From a virus, in the IMG/VR virus record IMGVR_UViG_3300024255_000001: a DNA stretch of 64,000 nt; one strand, written 5' to 3'. The notes below the pieces were generated by a model. That model had not been told where the DNA came from. It searched no databases and saw only the letters and a list, made by a program, of their open reading frames with translations. Positions 39,096 to 46,485 of the stretch are shown here, piece by piece (within the stretch, counting starts at the first letter, position 1; each line of letters starts with the position of its first letter). The position numbers were made by a program, and so were the translations under genes.

Positions 39096-39330
39096 ATCTA
39101 TTCTTAATTAAATCTGACTTGCCATTTTGAAAATCTTGATAAGGTAATGACTTATCCTTCTCTTCCTTATGAGGGCCATTAACCATTATAGTATCTTTAT
39201 ATGGATTTGTTTCAACGCCTTGATCTTCTAACCAAGACATCATATCCTTTACAGAACCTTTAAATTGTCTAATTCTTTCTAACTCAGGGTGGTCTATAGC
39301 GAAGTCTTCAAATAATTTAATATGTTTCAT
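39076..39330 (-). CDS. Putative internal head protein (MKHIKLFEDF leader)
   Basis: Shared leader motif. Confidence 0.6.
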   Translation of the reverse strand: MKHIKLFEDFAIDHPELERIRQFKGSVKDMMSWLEDQGVETNPYKDTIMVNGPHKEEKDKSLPYQDFQNGKSDLIKNRYGRKDS

Positions 39331-39773
39331 TAGTCTAGGCTTCCGTGTTTACCAGATGACATTGCTTTTCCAAAGTCATCACTTCGTTTTGTTCTGTATG
39401 AAATATATGCAGGATCAGAGTTGTGGTTTCTACCACCTGATCCATAATAAGATGATAACAAATAAGTGTGTATTACTTCCTCGTTCTTACCAAATGCTTT
39501 ATCTGCATCTTTAACCAATTTAATTACCTTATTAATTTTTGAAGAATTAAAAGGGCCTTTAATCTCTATTGATTCTGGATTAAAAGAACTAGTACCTGTT
39601 TGAACTTTAATAGATTGTAAAGTTTCAGGTATCTCTTTTATTAGCTTAATAAAATCTTTTAGGCTATCAGCAGAACCTGCCCAATCAGATTCAATCTTCT
39701 TACCATTAATAATAGAGTAAGACTTTTCTATCTTCTCGTTTAAGAATGTATTGTATGTTTGGATATGTTTCAT
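39330..39773 (-). CDS. Putative internal head protein (MKHIQTYNTFLNE leader)
   Basis: Shared leader motif; late promoter 39777-39785. Confidence 0.6.
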   Translation of the reverse strand: MKHIQTYNTFLNEKIEKSYSIINGKKIESDWAGSADSLKDFIKLIKEIPETLQSIKVQTGTSSFNPESIEIKGPFNSSKINKVIKLVKDADKAFGKNEEVIHTYLLSSYYGSGGRNHNSDPAYISYRTKRSDDFGKAMSSGKHGSLD

Positions 39774-39788
39774 AGGTTATATATCAAT

Positions 39789-39865
39789 AAAAAAACCCGC
39801 GGAAATACTAGATTTCCTACGGGTTCATTTCGGGGGCCCGCACTTCCGTTATGGATGTGCGTTAA
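39789..39865 (-). ncRNA. Candidate small structured RNA (about 75 nt, two hairpins)
   Basis: Own GATATATAA promoter (39867-39875), GC-rich hairpin, terminator hairpin with U7, no ORF. Confidence 0.5.
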
Positions 39866-39874
39866 GTTATATAT

Positions 39875-40171
39875 CTAAGAAACTCGCTCTAAAAGACTTT
39901 CTATCTTATCAAGCTCGTTTTTTAAGACTCCACACTTCTCATATTCCTCTAGGTCAATGAAGTGTTTTGTCATATAGGCTATAGTTTCTCTTAGCTGAAT
40001 CATATCATCTCTTTCCATGTGGCGGATGTGCCAATCAGAGATACCGTTCTCTTTGATATTTTTATAGTTAGTTTCGATTGCTTCTTCGATCATGGCATTT
40101 TTATATGCCTCCATCTTCTGTTCGAATTCTGGATCGTTTAGGTAATCATCAATGTTAAAGTCATCATTCAT
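39875..40171 (-). CDS. UVR-like motif protein, paralogue 3 (start revised to MNDDFN)
   Basis: C-terminal MTKHFIDLEEYEKCGVLKNEL. Confidence 0.6.
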   Translation of the reverse strand: MNDDFNIDDYLNDPEFEQKMEAYKNAMIEEAIETNYKNIKENGISDWHIRHMERDDMIQLRETIAYMTKHFIDLEEYEKCGVLKNELDKIESLLERVS

Positions 40172-40172
40172 A

Positions 40173-40304
40173 TTAAGCAAATGTAATATTATCAGATTTG
40201 AATGCCATTTTGTATTCGTGAACCAAGTATTCAGCTTCGTCCACTGTTTCGGCCGTGTCAATTACCTCTCGGCCATAGGTTGAATCGTAGAAAATTTCGT
40301 ACAT
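40173..40304 (-). CDS. 43-aa acidic early protein not in the ORF track (MYEIFYDSTYGREVIDTAET...)
   Basis: ATG directly downstream of early promoter copy 5. Confidence 0.6.
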   Translation of the reverse strand: MYEIFYDSTYGREVIDTAETVDEAEYLVHEYKMAFKSDNITFA

Positions 40305-40316
40305 TATATTTATTGA

Positions 40317-40383
40317 TTTTTTAATTACAGTACTAATATACGAAAAATATCTGACATAAAAAAATTCTAAGGCAATTATTTTG
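40317..40383 (-). promoter_or_regulatory. Putative early promoter, copy 5
   Basis: AAAATAATTGCCTTAGAATTTTTTTATGTCA-N11-TATATTAGTACTGTAATT. Confidence 0.7.
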
Positions 40384-40397
40384 AAGAAATCTCTATC

Positions 40398-40769
40398 TTA
40401 TTTGATAGAGATCTTCTTCTTGTTATCAGCTGAATCAAACTTAAGAGTCAAGATACCATTTGTCATAGTAGCGTTGATTGAATCCATATCTACTGTGCTA
40501 GGTAATCTAAACTTCTTAGTAAATGATTGTGCAAATCCTTCGTCTTTCTTTTCAGAAGAGATCGTTAAGATCTGACCTTCAACTTCAATGTTAATATCCT
40601 TCTTGCTAAATCCTGGCAAGCTAACATCTAGTTTATTATCACCCACTTTATATTCTGGGCCTAGGATATTTAATGTGTCCCACTCTCTTCTTGGGATTAC
40701 GTTAAAGAATGAATCGAATGCTCCGTCGAAAGAGTCTTGTGCTAATTTTGATAAGTTTGTTAAATACAT
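40398..40769 (-). CDS. Small heat-shock protein Hsp20/alpha-crystallin
   Basis: LPGFSKKDINIEVEGQILTIS...FTKKFRLP...ATMTNGILTL. Confidence 0.9.
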   Translation of the reverse strand: MYLTNLSKLAQDSFDGAFDSFFNVIPRREWDTLNILGPEYKVGDNKLDVSLPGFSKKDINIEVEGQILTISSEKKDEGFAQSFTKKFRLPSTVDMDSINATMTNGILTLKFDSADNKKKISIK

Positions 40770-40873
40770 GTTTTAGAATTTATTTTGTTTCTTGTGCAAT
40801 ATCGCACAGTAACTATAGTGAAAAAAGTGTACCAAAGCTATTTTTGTGACGTATTGTCACCTTTTCTAAAATT

Positions 40874-41605
40874 TTATTGACAGATTGGCATACCAGACAT
40901 CTTTAAGATGACATTTGCTGTAGCCTTAATATCTTTTTCGCAATAAGTTTTAATCTCTTCATGTCTACCATTCCAGTAATATTCTGAAACTTCTGACCCT
41001 GACATTGCGTCTTTTGGTGAGGGAATACCTAGGACTTCTGAGATGAGACCAAGTTTAGCTGAGTCCCAACCTCCGAATTGCCAAGTCTCTTTAGTATCGA
41101 GTAAGCAGTTCTCCCAAGGTTTTTGTTTGTGTAAGTGAAAGTGTTTAGGAACAGAGACTTCATTTATTAGAGACCTCTTAATAATATATGGCATATCGAA
41201 ACCTTTGATAAAGTGACCAACCCACTTCATCGCTGGGTACTTCTGCATGATCTTAGAGCTCATATCCTGGAAATCCTTTAGTATCTTATGTTCATCGGTG
41301 CCGCTAAATGAGACAGCCTTAAAACCATTAGGAAAGCCTGTTTCATCAAATTGAATCTGACCAACTGAAATACAAACAATTCTACCCCATTCTGGATTTA
41401 ATCCAGCCATTCGAGGCCACATCTTATGTGGATCTGAGTAGTCTGCTAATTCAACTGGATTTTTTTGTACCAGTTGCATGGTCTTTAAATCCCAGTATTG
41501 TTCTAATTCTGGGTTCTCGTCAATTACTTCTTGAAACGTCTCTTTCTGAGTTGCGGTTTCAATGTCGATGAAAATCATCTGCTTTAATTCGTCTAATGTG
41601 TACAT
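40874..41605 (-). CDS. 3'-5' exonuclease (PolB-exo-related DEDD family)
   Basis: FIDIET, GRIVCISVG, GHFIKGFDMPY, YCEKDI. Confidence 0.85.
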   Translation of the reverse strand: MYTLDELKQMIFIDIETATQKETFQEVIDENPELEQYWDLKTMQLVQKNPVELADYSDPHKMWPRMAGLNPEWGRIVCISVGQIQFDETGFPNGFKAVSFSGTDEHKILKDFQDMSSKIMQKYPAMKWVGHFIKGFDMPYIIKRSLINEVSVPKHFHLHKQKPWENCLLDTKETWQFGGWDSAKLGLISEVLGIPSPKDAMSGSEVSEYYWNGRHEEIKTYCEKDIKATANVILKMSGMPICQ

Positions 41606-41628
41606 ATCTTTAATTTCCTTTAAATACT

Positions 41629-41656
41629 AAAAAACATCTAGCGTTAACTAGATGTT
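41629..41656 (-). terminator. Hairpin terminator adjacent to a middle promoter
   Basis: AACATCTAG-N6-CTAGATGTT plus U-tract. Confidence 0.55.
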
Positions 41657-41674
41657 CTTTATACGTTCGAAGTC

Positions 41675-41779
41675 TTATTTGTTTCTTAAGAACTTCCAGA
41701 TTAGTCCTATTAAACTATCAGCTTTAAATTTCTTGCCTTTGTAGTTTAATAAGTAATCTTTTCTTTCATTGTTTTTCAT
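41675..41779 (-). CDS. Candidate 34-aa peptide (MKNNERKDYLL...)
   Basis: A-rich leader, fills the gap. Confidence 0.4.
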   Translation of the reverse strand: MKNNERKDYLLNYKGKKFKADSLIGLIWKFLRNK

Positions 41780-41789
41780 AATTATTGTT

Positions 41790-42029
41790 TTAAGTCATCC
41801 AACCGTTAGATTCTTCCCAGTCTTTATGGGAAGATAGCATTGAATACGCCTCAAAAGAAAGTGTTACTTCAACATAACCCCCTGTTATAGATTGGGGGCA
41901 TTTAGACTCACTTAGGTACCAGTTGGGTGCATCTTTAATCCTACCATTTAAAAAATCAAATAGTGGATCTATGTGCATGTGGTGTACCCATATATTGATA
42001 TGCATACATGTCATATTTGCTTTACCCAT
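41790..42029 (-). CDS. Hypothetical protein
   Basis: 79-aa ORF overlapping upstream stop. Confidence 0.55.
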   Translation of the reverse strand: MGKANMTCMHINIWVHHMHIDPLFDFLNGRIKDAPNWYLSESKCPQSITGGYVEVTLSFEAYSMLSSHKDWEESNGWMT

Positions 42030-42951
42030 TTTCTACGCTAAATCTTTTTTTGTCAAAGTTAATTGTACTTTTAATATCTTTCTTTTGGTACATATCTATC
42101 TGTTCGATTTCAGATGATTGTAATTTTTTACCATAATGCTCTTGATAGACTTTTTTATAGATAAGTGCCATAACACCATAGAGAGGAGCAAACTCTGAAG
42201 ACATTTCCACTACCCATGGTTTCCCATCTGTATCTACCATCAGGTCTATTGAGTATATGTCTAGACCTTCATGTGCCTCATTCATTTCTTGAAATACTTC
42301 ATTCCATTCGTTTGGCATTTTACTTAGATCTTTTAACACATACTTAAAGAATAGCTTGTCTTCTTTTTTCTTTGTCATCTCTTTGGTCTCCTTGTTACCA
42401 TGTACTCTTTGTACCCACATAACAGGCTCACCTCTCCACATCATTATTCTATGTTCTTCATCGATGTCTATCTTCTCGCTGAAAACTTCAAAATCTTTTA
42501 AATCCTCTTTCTTAGCATCTTCCAAAGTATCAAATTTTACAATACCCATTCCTGAGTATCTGTTATCTGGTTTTGCTATAATAGGGAATTTTAATTGATC
42601 TAGATCTTTAGCATCTGTTACAGTCTTAGGCACAAATTTACTATCTTTATGGGTAGCGTGCCATTTAACTTTAGATGCAATTTCCATTTTCTTTTCTTCA
42701 GGGTTATAGATTAAGTCTTTAGGAGTACCCGCATCTAATAATTTTTTAGTGTGGATATTACAAAAGTTAATCACTGGTAACTGAGACTTAAACGGCTCAT
42801 CACCCTTTGTAAACAGAGTCATAAAGTTTTTAGTATATGTGTCTTTATCTGTAACATACTTGAAATCTGTAATCTCAGTAGAAACACACATAATAACCTT
42901 ATGTAAATCTCCATCTCTTTCGTTAAGAAATGTTTGAAAATCTTTAATCAT
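42022..42951 (-). CDS. ATP-grasp (RimK-like) ligase with head-targeting-like leader
   Basis: FPIIAKPDNRYSGMGI, EKIDIDEEHRI, YSIDLM...PWVVEMSS; MIKDFQTFLNE leader; late promoter 42955-42963. Confidence 0.7.
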   Translation of the reverse strand: MIKDFQTFLNERDGDLHKVIMCVSTEITDFKYVTDKDTYTKNFMTLFTKGDEPFKSQLPVINFCNIHTKKLLDAGTPKDLIYNPEEKKMEIASKVKWHATHKDSKFVPKTVTDAKDLDQLKFPIIAKPDNRYSGMGIVKFDTLEDAKKEDLKDFEVFSEKIDIDEEHRIMMWRGEPVMWVQRVHGNKETKEMTKKKEDKLFFKYVLKDLSKMPNEWNEVFQEMNEAHEGLDIYSIDLMVDTDGKPWVVEMSSEFAPLYGVMALIYKKVYQEHYGKKLQSSEIEQIDMYQKKDIKSTINFDKKRFSVENG

Positions 42952-43017
42952 AGTTTATATATCTTGCTGTGTGGAAACTAATAGTTTACTTACCAGCTTA
43001 TTTTTAAACCTATGAAT

Positions 43018-43446
43018 TTAAGATGGGAATACTTCAATCGTTCTTTCTTCTCTAACTAAATCTGCCCACTTGCCTTCGTATCTTGTACCTTTGACAATGT
43101 GGTTATCAACCCAGTGATAGTTACCACCTCTTGGTTTACCCATTAGTAGACCATGGTATTTGAAGCCATGTTTATTTAGCCAAGTTTCTGTAATCTCTCT
43201 TACTTCTTCAGTTCTTGAAGTAAAGAAAGTAATTACATGGCCTTCGTCAAACCATTTATTTAAAGTTTCTTTTGCACCTGCATAAGGTAAGACTATTGCC
43301 ATTCTCTCTGGCTCTTCATTTGGTACATCATCTGTAACCGTGCCGTCAATGTCAATTAGATAGTTCTTACACCCTGCGTTTAAAACAGGAGAGACTAGGT
43401 GTCCGTCATCTCCTACTGAGGAGTTTAAATTTAATTCTCTTTTCAT
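43018..43446 (-). CDS. HAD-superfamily phosphatase (capsule-biosynthesis phosphatase-like); start revised to MKRELN
   Basis: LIDIDGTV, FTSR, LLMGKP, WVDN. Confidence 0.75.
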   Translation of the reverse strand: MKRELNLNSSVGDDGHLVSPVLNAGCKNYLIDIDGTVTDDVPNEEPERMAIVLPYAGAKETLNKWFDEGHVITFFTSRTEEVREITETWLNKHGFKYHGLLMGKPRGGNYHWVDNHIVKGTRYEGKWADLVREERTIEVFPS

Positions 43447-43462
43447 ATTAATTATTTGTATA

Positions 43463-44890
43463 TTAAGGTTCTTCGTGGTTTCTAATAAATGATACAATAA
43501 TATATCTCTTACCACTTGTAATTGGCCTCGCGCCATGTCTATGTGTAATCATTCCAGGGTGGAGTACTGCTGTACCTATTCGATCTGGATTGGATAATTT
43601 TTGATACTGGGGGAACCAAGTTCCACCACCACTAAATTCATCATTTAATTTAATAACCATCGTTAGATGGCTTCTATCATGATGTAGAGATAGGTGTGAT
43701 TGTCTATTCGTTGTATACCTAGCCATGAAGTTTTCATTTGAGAATGCGTCCCACTGTTTACCTTCTAGGCTCCATTGGTGAATTGCAAGAGGTCTAACTA
43801 CTTCATGTAATACTTTATTGTAAATTTCATCTAAACCAATATCTTGTAATAAGACATCATTAGTTGGATAATGTTCGTGTCTGTCAATAGTCCACTTATC
43901 TTTAGCCTCTGCTAGAGCAATTGCTTCTCTACAGAATTTAGGAGTGAATAACGGGAATTCATATACGTTATCTCCTCTATCTGAAACCATTAAGTCATAC
44001 TCTCCCTTTGATACTGATAGATTAATATACTTCTCTTTCCATTCATCCCAATTAGACGTATCTAATATTTCAAAATATTCTGAGGCACTAGTATCAAATT
44101 CTGGTCTTACATATTCTGTTTGAGTTTGTTCAGGTTCCTGGTTAATTATTTCAGGTTGGTTTGGACTACCCACTTCTGGTTCTATTGTAGAACCTGCAAG
44201 TTTACCACCTCTATCCTGTACTATAAAATTTTGATCGCGTGTTGCTAATATAGTTAATGATTTTGGAAATAGTTCTTGAATATCATGCCTTCTATGTGGA
44301 TAACCTAATGCACTTAAATACTCATCTACAGGAATCACGTTTTCTTTTAATCCACCTGATAATAATAGTTTTGCTACATTAGGGTTTTTAATAATATATG
44401 CATGTGCATTATACCAATGTCTAGGATAAAGCCAAGTTTCATTAATAACCTCTTCTTCAACTTCTTTTTCAATTATATCTCTACCTAATAAGGCAACATC
44501 CCAATTAGTATCTACTGGAGGCTCTGCTAACATTGACATTGAATTACCTTCATTAAAGAAATCTTCTTCTAATATCAGTATTGGGCCTAGTCCATCGAAT
44601 ACTGCAGCTTCCCATACTTTTCTATGTGAAATTGCACACCCAACCTCTCCTGGTAAAACAGACCTTCTCCACCAATCATTCCAAGAATAAGGTGACTCAG
44701 GGCCCACATCCCATTTATCATAAACGGTATAACCCTCTTTTATATCACCTTCTCTACCATCAAATGCAGAAATAATTTCATACGGAGTATTTTCATAAAA
44801 ACCGCATGATTGTAACTTTTCTTCTATTGTTTGCTGAAGACTATCTCTATTTGTATCTAAAGCTATAACATAAATTTTATTAATTCTCAT
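43463..44890 (-). CDS. Fusion of GT25 (collagen galactosyltransferase-like) and PLOD-like lysyl hydroxylase domain
   Basis: N-terminal AFDG, GEVGCAISH..VW, ILEED, VIPVDEYL; C-terminal WKEKYI, VYEFPLF, YPTND, NFMARY, HHDRS, LHPGMITHRH, RYIIVSF. Confidence 0.85.
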   Translation of the reverse strand: MRINKIYVIALDTNRDSLQQTIEEKLQSCGFYENTPYEIISAFDGREGDIKEGYTVYDKWDVGPESPYSWNDWWRRSVLPGEVGCAISHRKVWEAAVFDGLGPILILEEDFFNEGNSMSMLAEPPVDTNWDVALLGRDIIEKEVEEEVINETWLYPRHWYNAHAYIIKNPNVAKLLLSGGLKENVIPVDEYLSALGYPHRRHDIQELFPKSLTILATRDQNFIVQDRGGKLAGSTIEPEVGSPNQPEIINQEPEQTQTEYVRPEFDTSASEYFEILDTSNWDEWKEKYINLSVSKGEYDLMVSDRGDNVYEFPLFTPKFCREAIALAEAKDKWTIDRHEHYPTNDVLLQDIGLDEIYNKVLHEVVRPLAIHQWSLEGKQWDAFSNENFMARYTTNRQSHLSLHHDRSHLTMVIKLNDEFSGGGTWFPQYQKLSNPDRIGTAVLHPGMITHRHGARPITSGKRYIIVSFIRNHEEP

Positions 44891-44911
44891 TATTAGTTAT
44901 GAATTTTTATA

Positions 44912-44938
44912 TTATACTAGAGTAACGCGAAAAGTTTC
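44912..44938 (-). promoter_or_regulatory. Putative middle promoter of the GT25-LH gene
   Basis: GAAAC-N16-GTATAA. Confidence 0.6.
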
Positions 44939-46485
44939 TCGCCCTCTAATAAGCTATTATTATTTTTTTTAATATAGTATTGATCTACCTCTGTTAAGAT
45001 ACCCATAATATTTTTATAGTCTTCAGAGGCTAACATTTCTTCTTTCGAATTAAAGTGTTTAATACCATCAAGATCAAAATATTTTAAATCACCATTTTCG
45101 TCTATCGCACAATTATATACATTTACTATATCAGTTAAAAGTATATTATGTTCTAGGGCTGCTTTAAAATGTTTTAAAATCTGTGGGTAAACTCCAATAT
45201 CTACTGGCCACTTCCAGTCTTCCCATTCCGGATATATGTTGTATTTTGAACAAAGAACTTGACTTGCTTCATATTTTTCTTGGACTACAAATAACACACC
45301 CTTATAGATACCGACATCATATAATTTAGGTATTATTCCTAATTCATATAATATTGAGTTTGTCTTTTTAATAACCAATGATAGTCTCATAGATGAAACG
45401 GGTGATGAAGCTCCAAAAGAAAATGGGTCTAGTGATGCTTTACATGGATATATAAATTTTAGTAGATAATCATCAAAGTAAAAAACTTTATGATAATATC
45501 TAAAATCACCATCATTACCCTTAAGTAAGGGTTCATCAAAAAGCCCACGGTATCTGTCTTGAATTAGTTTTTTAGTATCAATATTATCTACATTGATCTT
45601 TATATCACATTCATTTACCTCAGCAATTACCTTTCCTGTTTCAGCCCACCAGTCTTTATATTCTAGCTTAAATTTAGCTCTCTCAGGTTTGTGATATTTG
45701 TTTATTTGAACATCGTTTAAATAGCAATCAATACCTAACCCTACATCTTGCATGTATTTCTTTTGAATCTTATTACCAAGCTTAGCATCTATAGTATCAA
45801 CCCAAGTACCTACTTGTCCAATCCTAAAATCATGAGTTGTATATTTAATATCTGTATTAGCCCCGTTAGGTAGTCTTACATCAACAGGTTTACTAATAGT
45901 ATGTCCTAAGAATTTTGCTATCTTATTTACAGAAGAATCATACTCATTTATTATCTCTTCAAATGAAATGATTTCCATGTCAAGATCAAGAAGTTCTCTG
46001 CTCATATAAACAGAAAACCAGTTCTTGTAATAATCTATTAATAGATCTAAAAGGTTATCATGTTTTTTATCTGAAGACTTATATCCATTAAAATCAAAGT
46101 TTTCATAAAAGTCAGAGAAAGAAGTATACTTATTTTTAATATGAGGCCTATGGTAACATGAGGTCATTATATCTCTAACATCTCTATAGATTAAGATTAT
46201 TTTTGACTCAGAAAATATTTTTTGTAGTTTTTCTTCATCACCTAAATCAATGGAATGATTGTGTTTGTAAAAACTTCTATAGTTATGAGAATGTGTCCAT
46301 GTTACTTTATTACCTTCATTCATCCACCCATATAAACCGTTAAGTGCTGGCCATTCAAACTTAGTATAATCAAGATAATTTTTATCGATACTTTCATATC
46401 CAAAATTATTTACTATCAGATCTACTAATAAGTGAGTACCTCCTCTTCTTGCAGAAACTACTATAACATTCTTTTTAGAATCCAT
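44917..46485 (-). CDS. Sulfotransferase-like domain fused to a kinase-like domain
   Basis: SARRGGTHLL (5'-PSB), YRDVRDIMTS (3'-PB), SFEE, FRIGQVGTW; C-terminal PKLYD, VQEKY, TDIVNVYN, FDLDG. Confidence 0.65.
   Translation of the reverse strand: MDSKKNVIVVSARRGGTHLLVDLIVNNFGYESIDKNYLDYTKFEWPALNGLYGWMNEGNKVTWTHSHNYRSFYKHNHSIDLGDEEKLQKIFSESKIILIYRDVRDIMTSCYHRPHIKNKYTSFSDFYENFDFNGYKSSDKKHDNLLDLLIDYYKNWFSVYMSRELLDLDMEIISFEEIINEYDSSVNKIAKFLGHTISKPVDVRLPNGANTDIKYTTHDFRIGQVGTWVDTIDAKLGNKIQKKYMQDVGLGIDCYLNDVQINKYHKPERAKFKLEYKDWWAETGKVIAEVNECDIKINVDNIDTKKLIQDRYRGLFDEPLLKGNDGDFRYYHKVFYFDDYLLKFIYPCKASLDPFSFGASSPVSSMRLSLVIKKTNSILYELGIIPKLYDVGIYKGVLFVVQEKYEASQVLCSKYNIYPEWEDWKWPVDIGVYPQILKHFKAALEHNILLTDIVNVYNCAIDENGDLKYFDLDGIKHFNSKEEMLASEDYKNIMGILTEVDQYYIKKNNNSLLEGEKLFALL

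Noticed and set aside
39789-39865. tRNA or SRP RNA identity for the GC-rich intergenic element
   Set aside because: No cloverleaf, T-loop or SRP loop motif; kept only as an unknown sRNA candidate. No tRNA genes were recognised anywhere in the window
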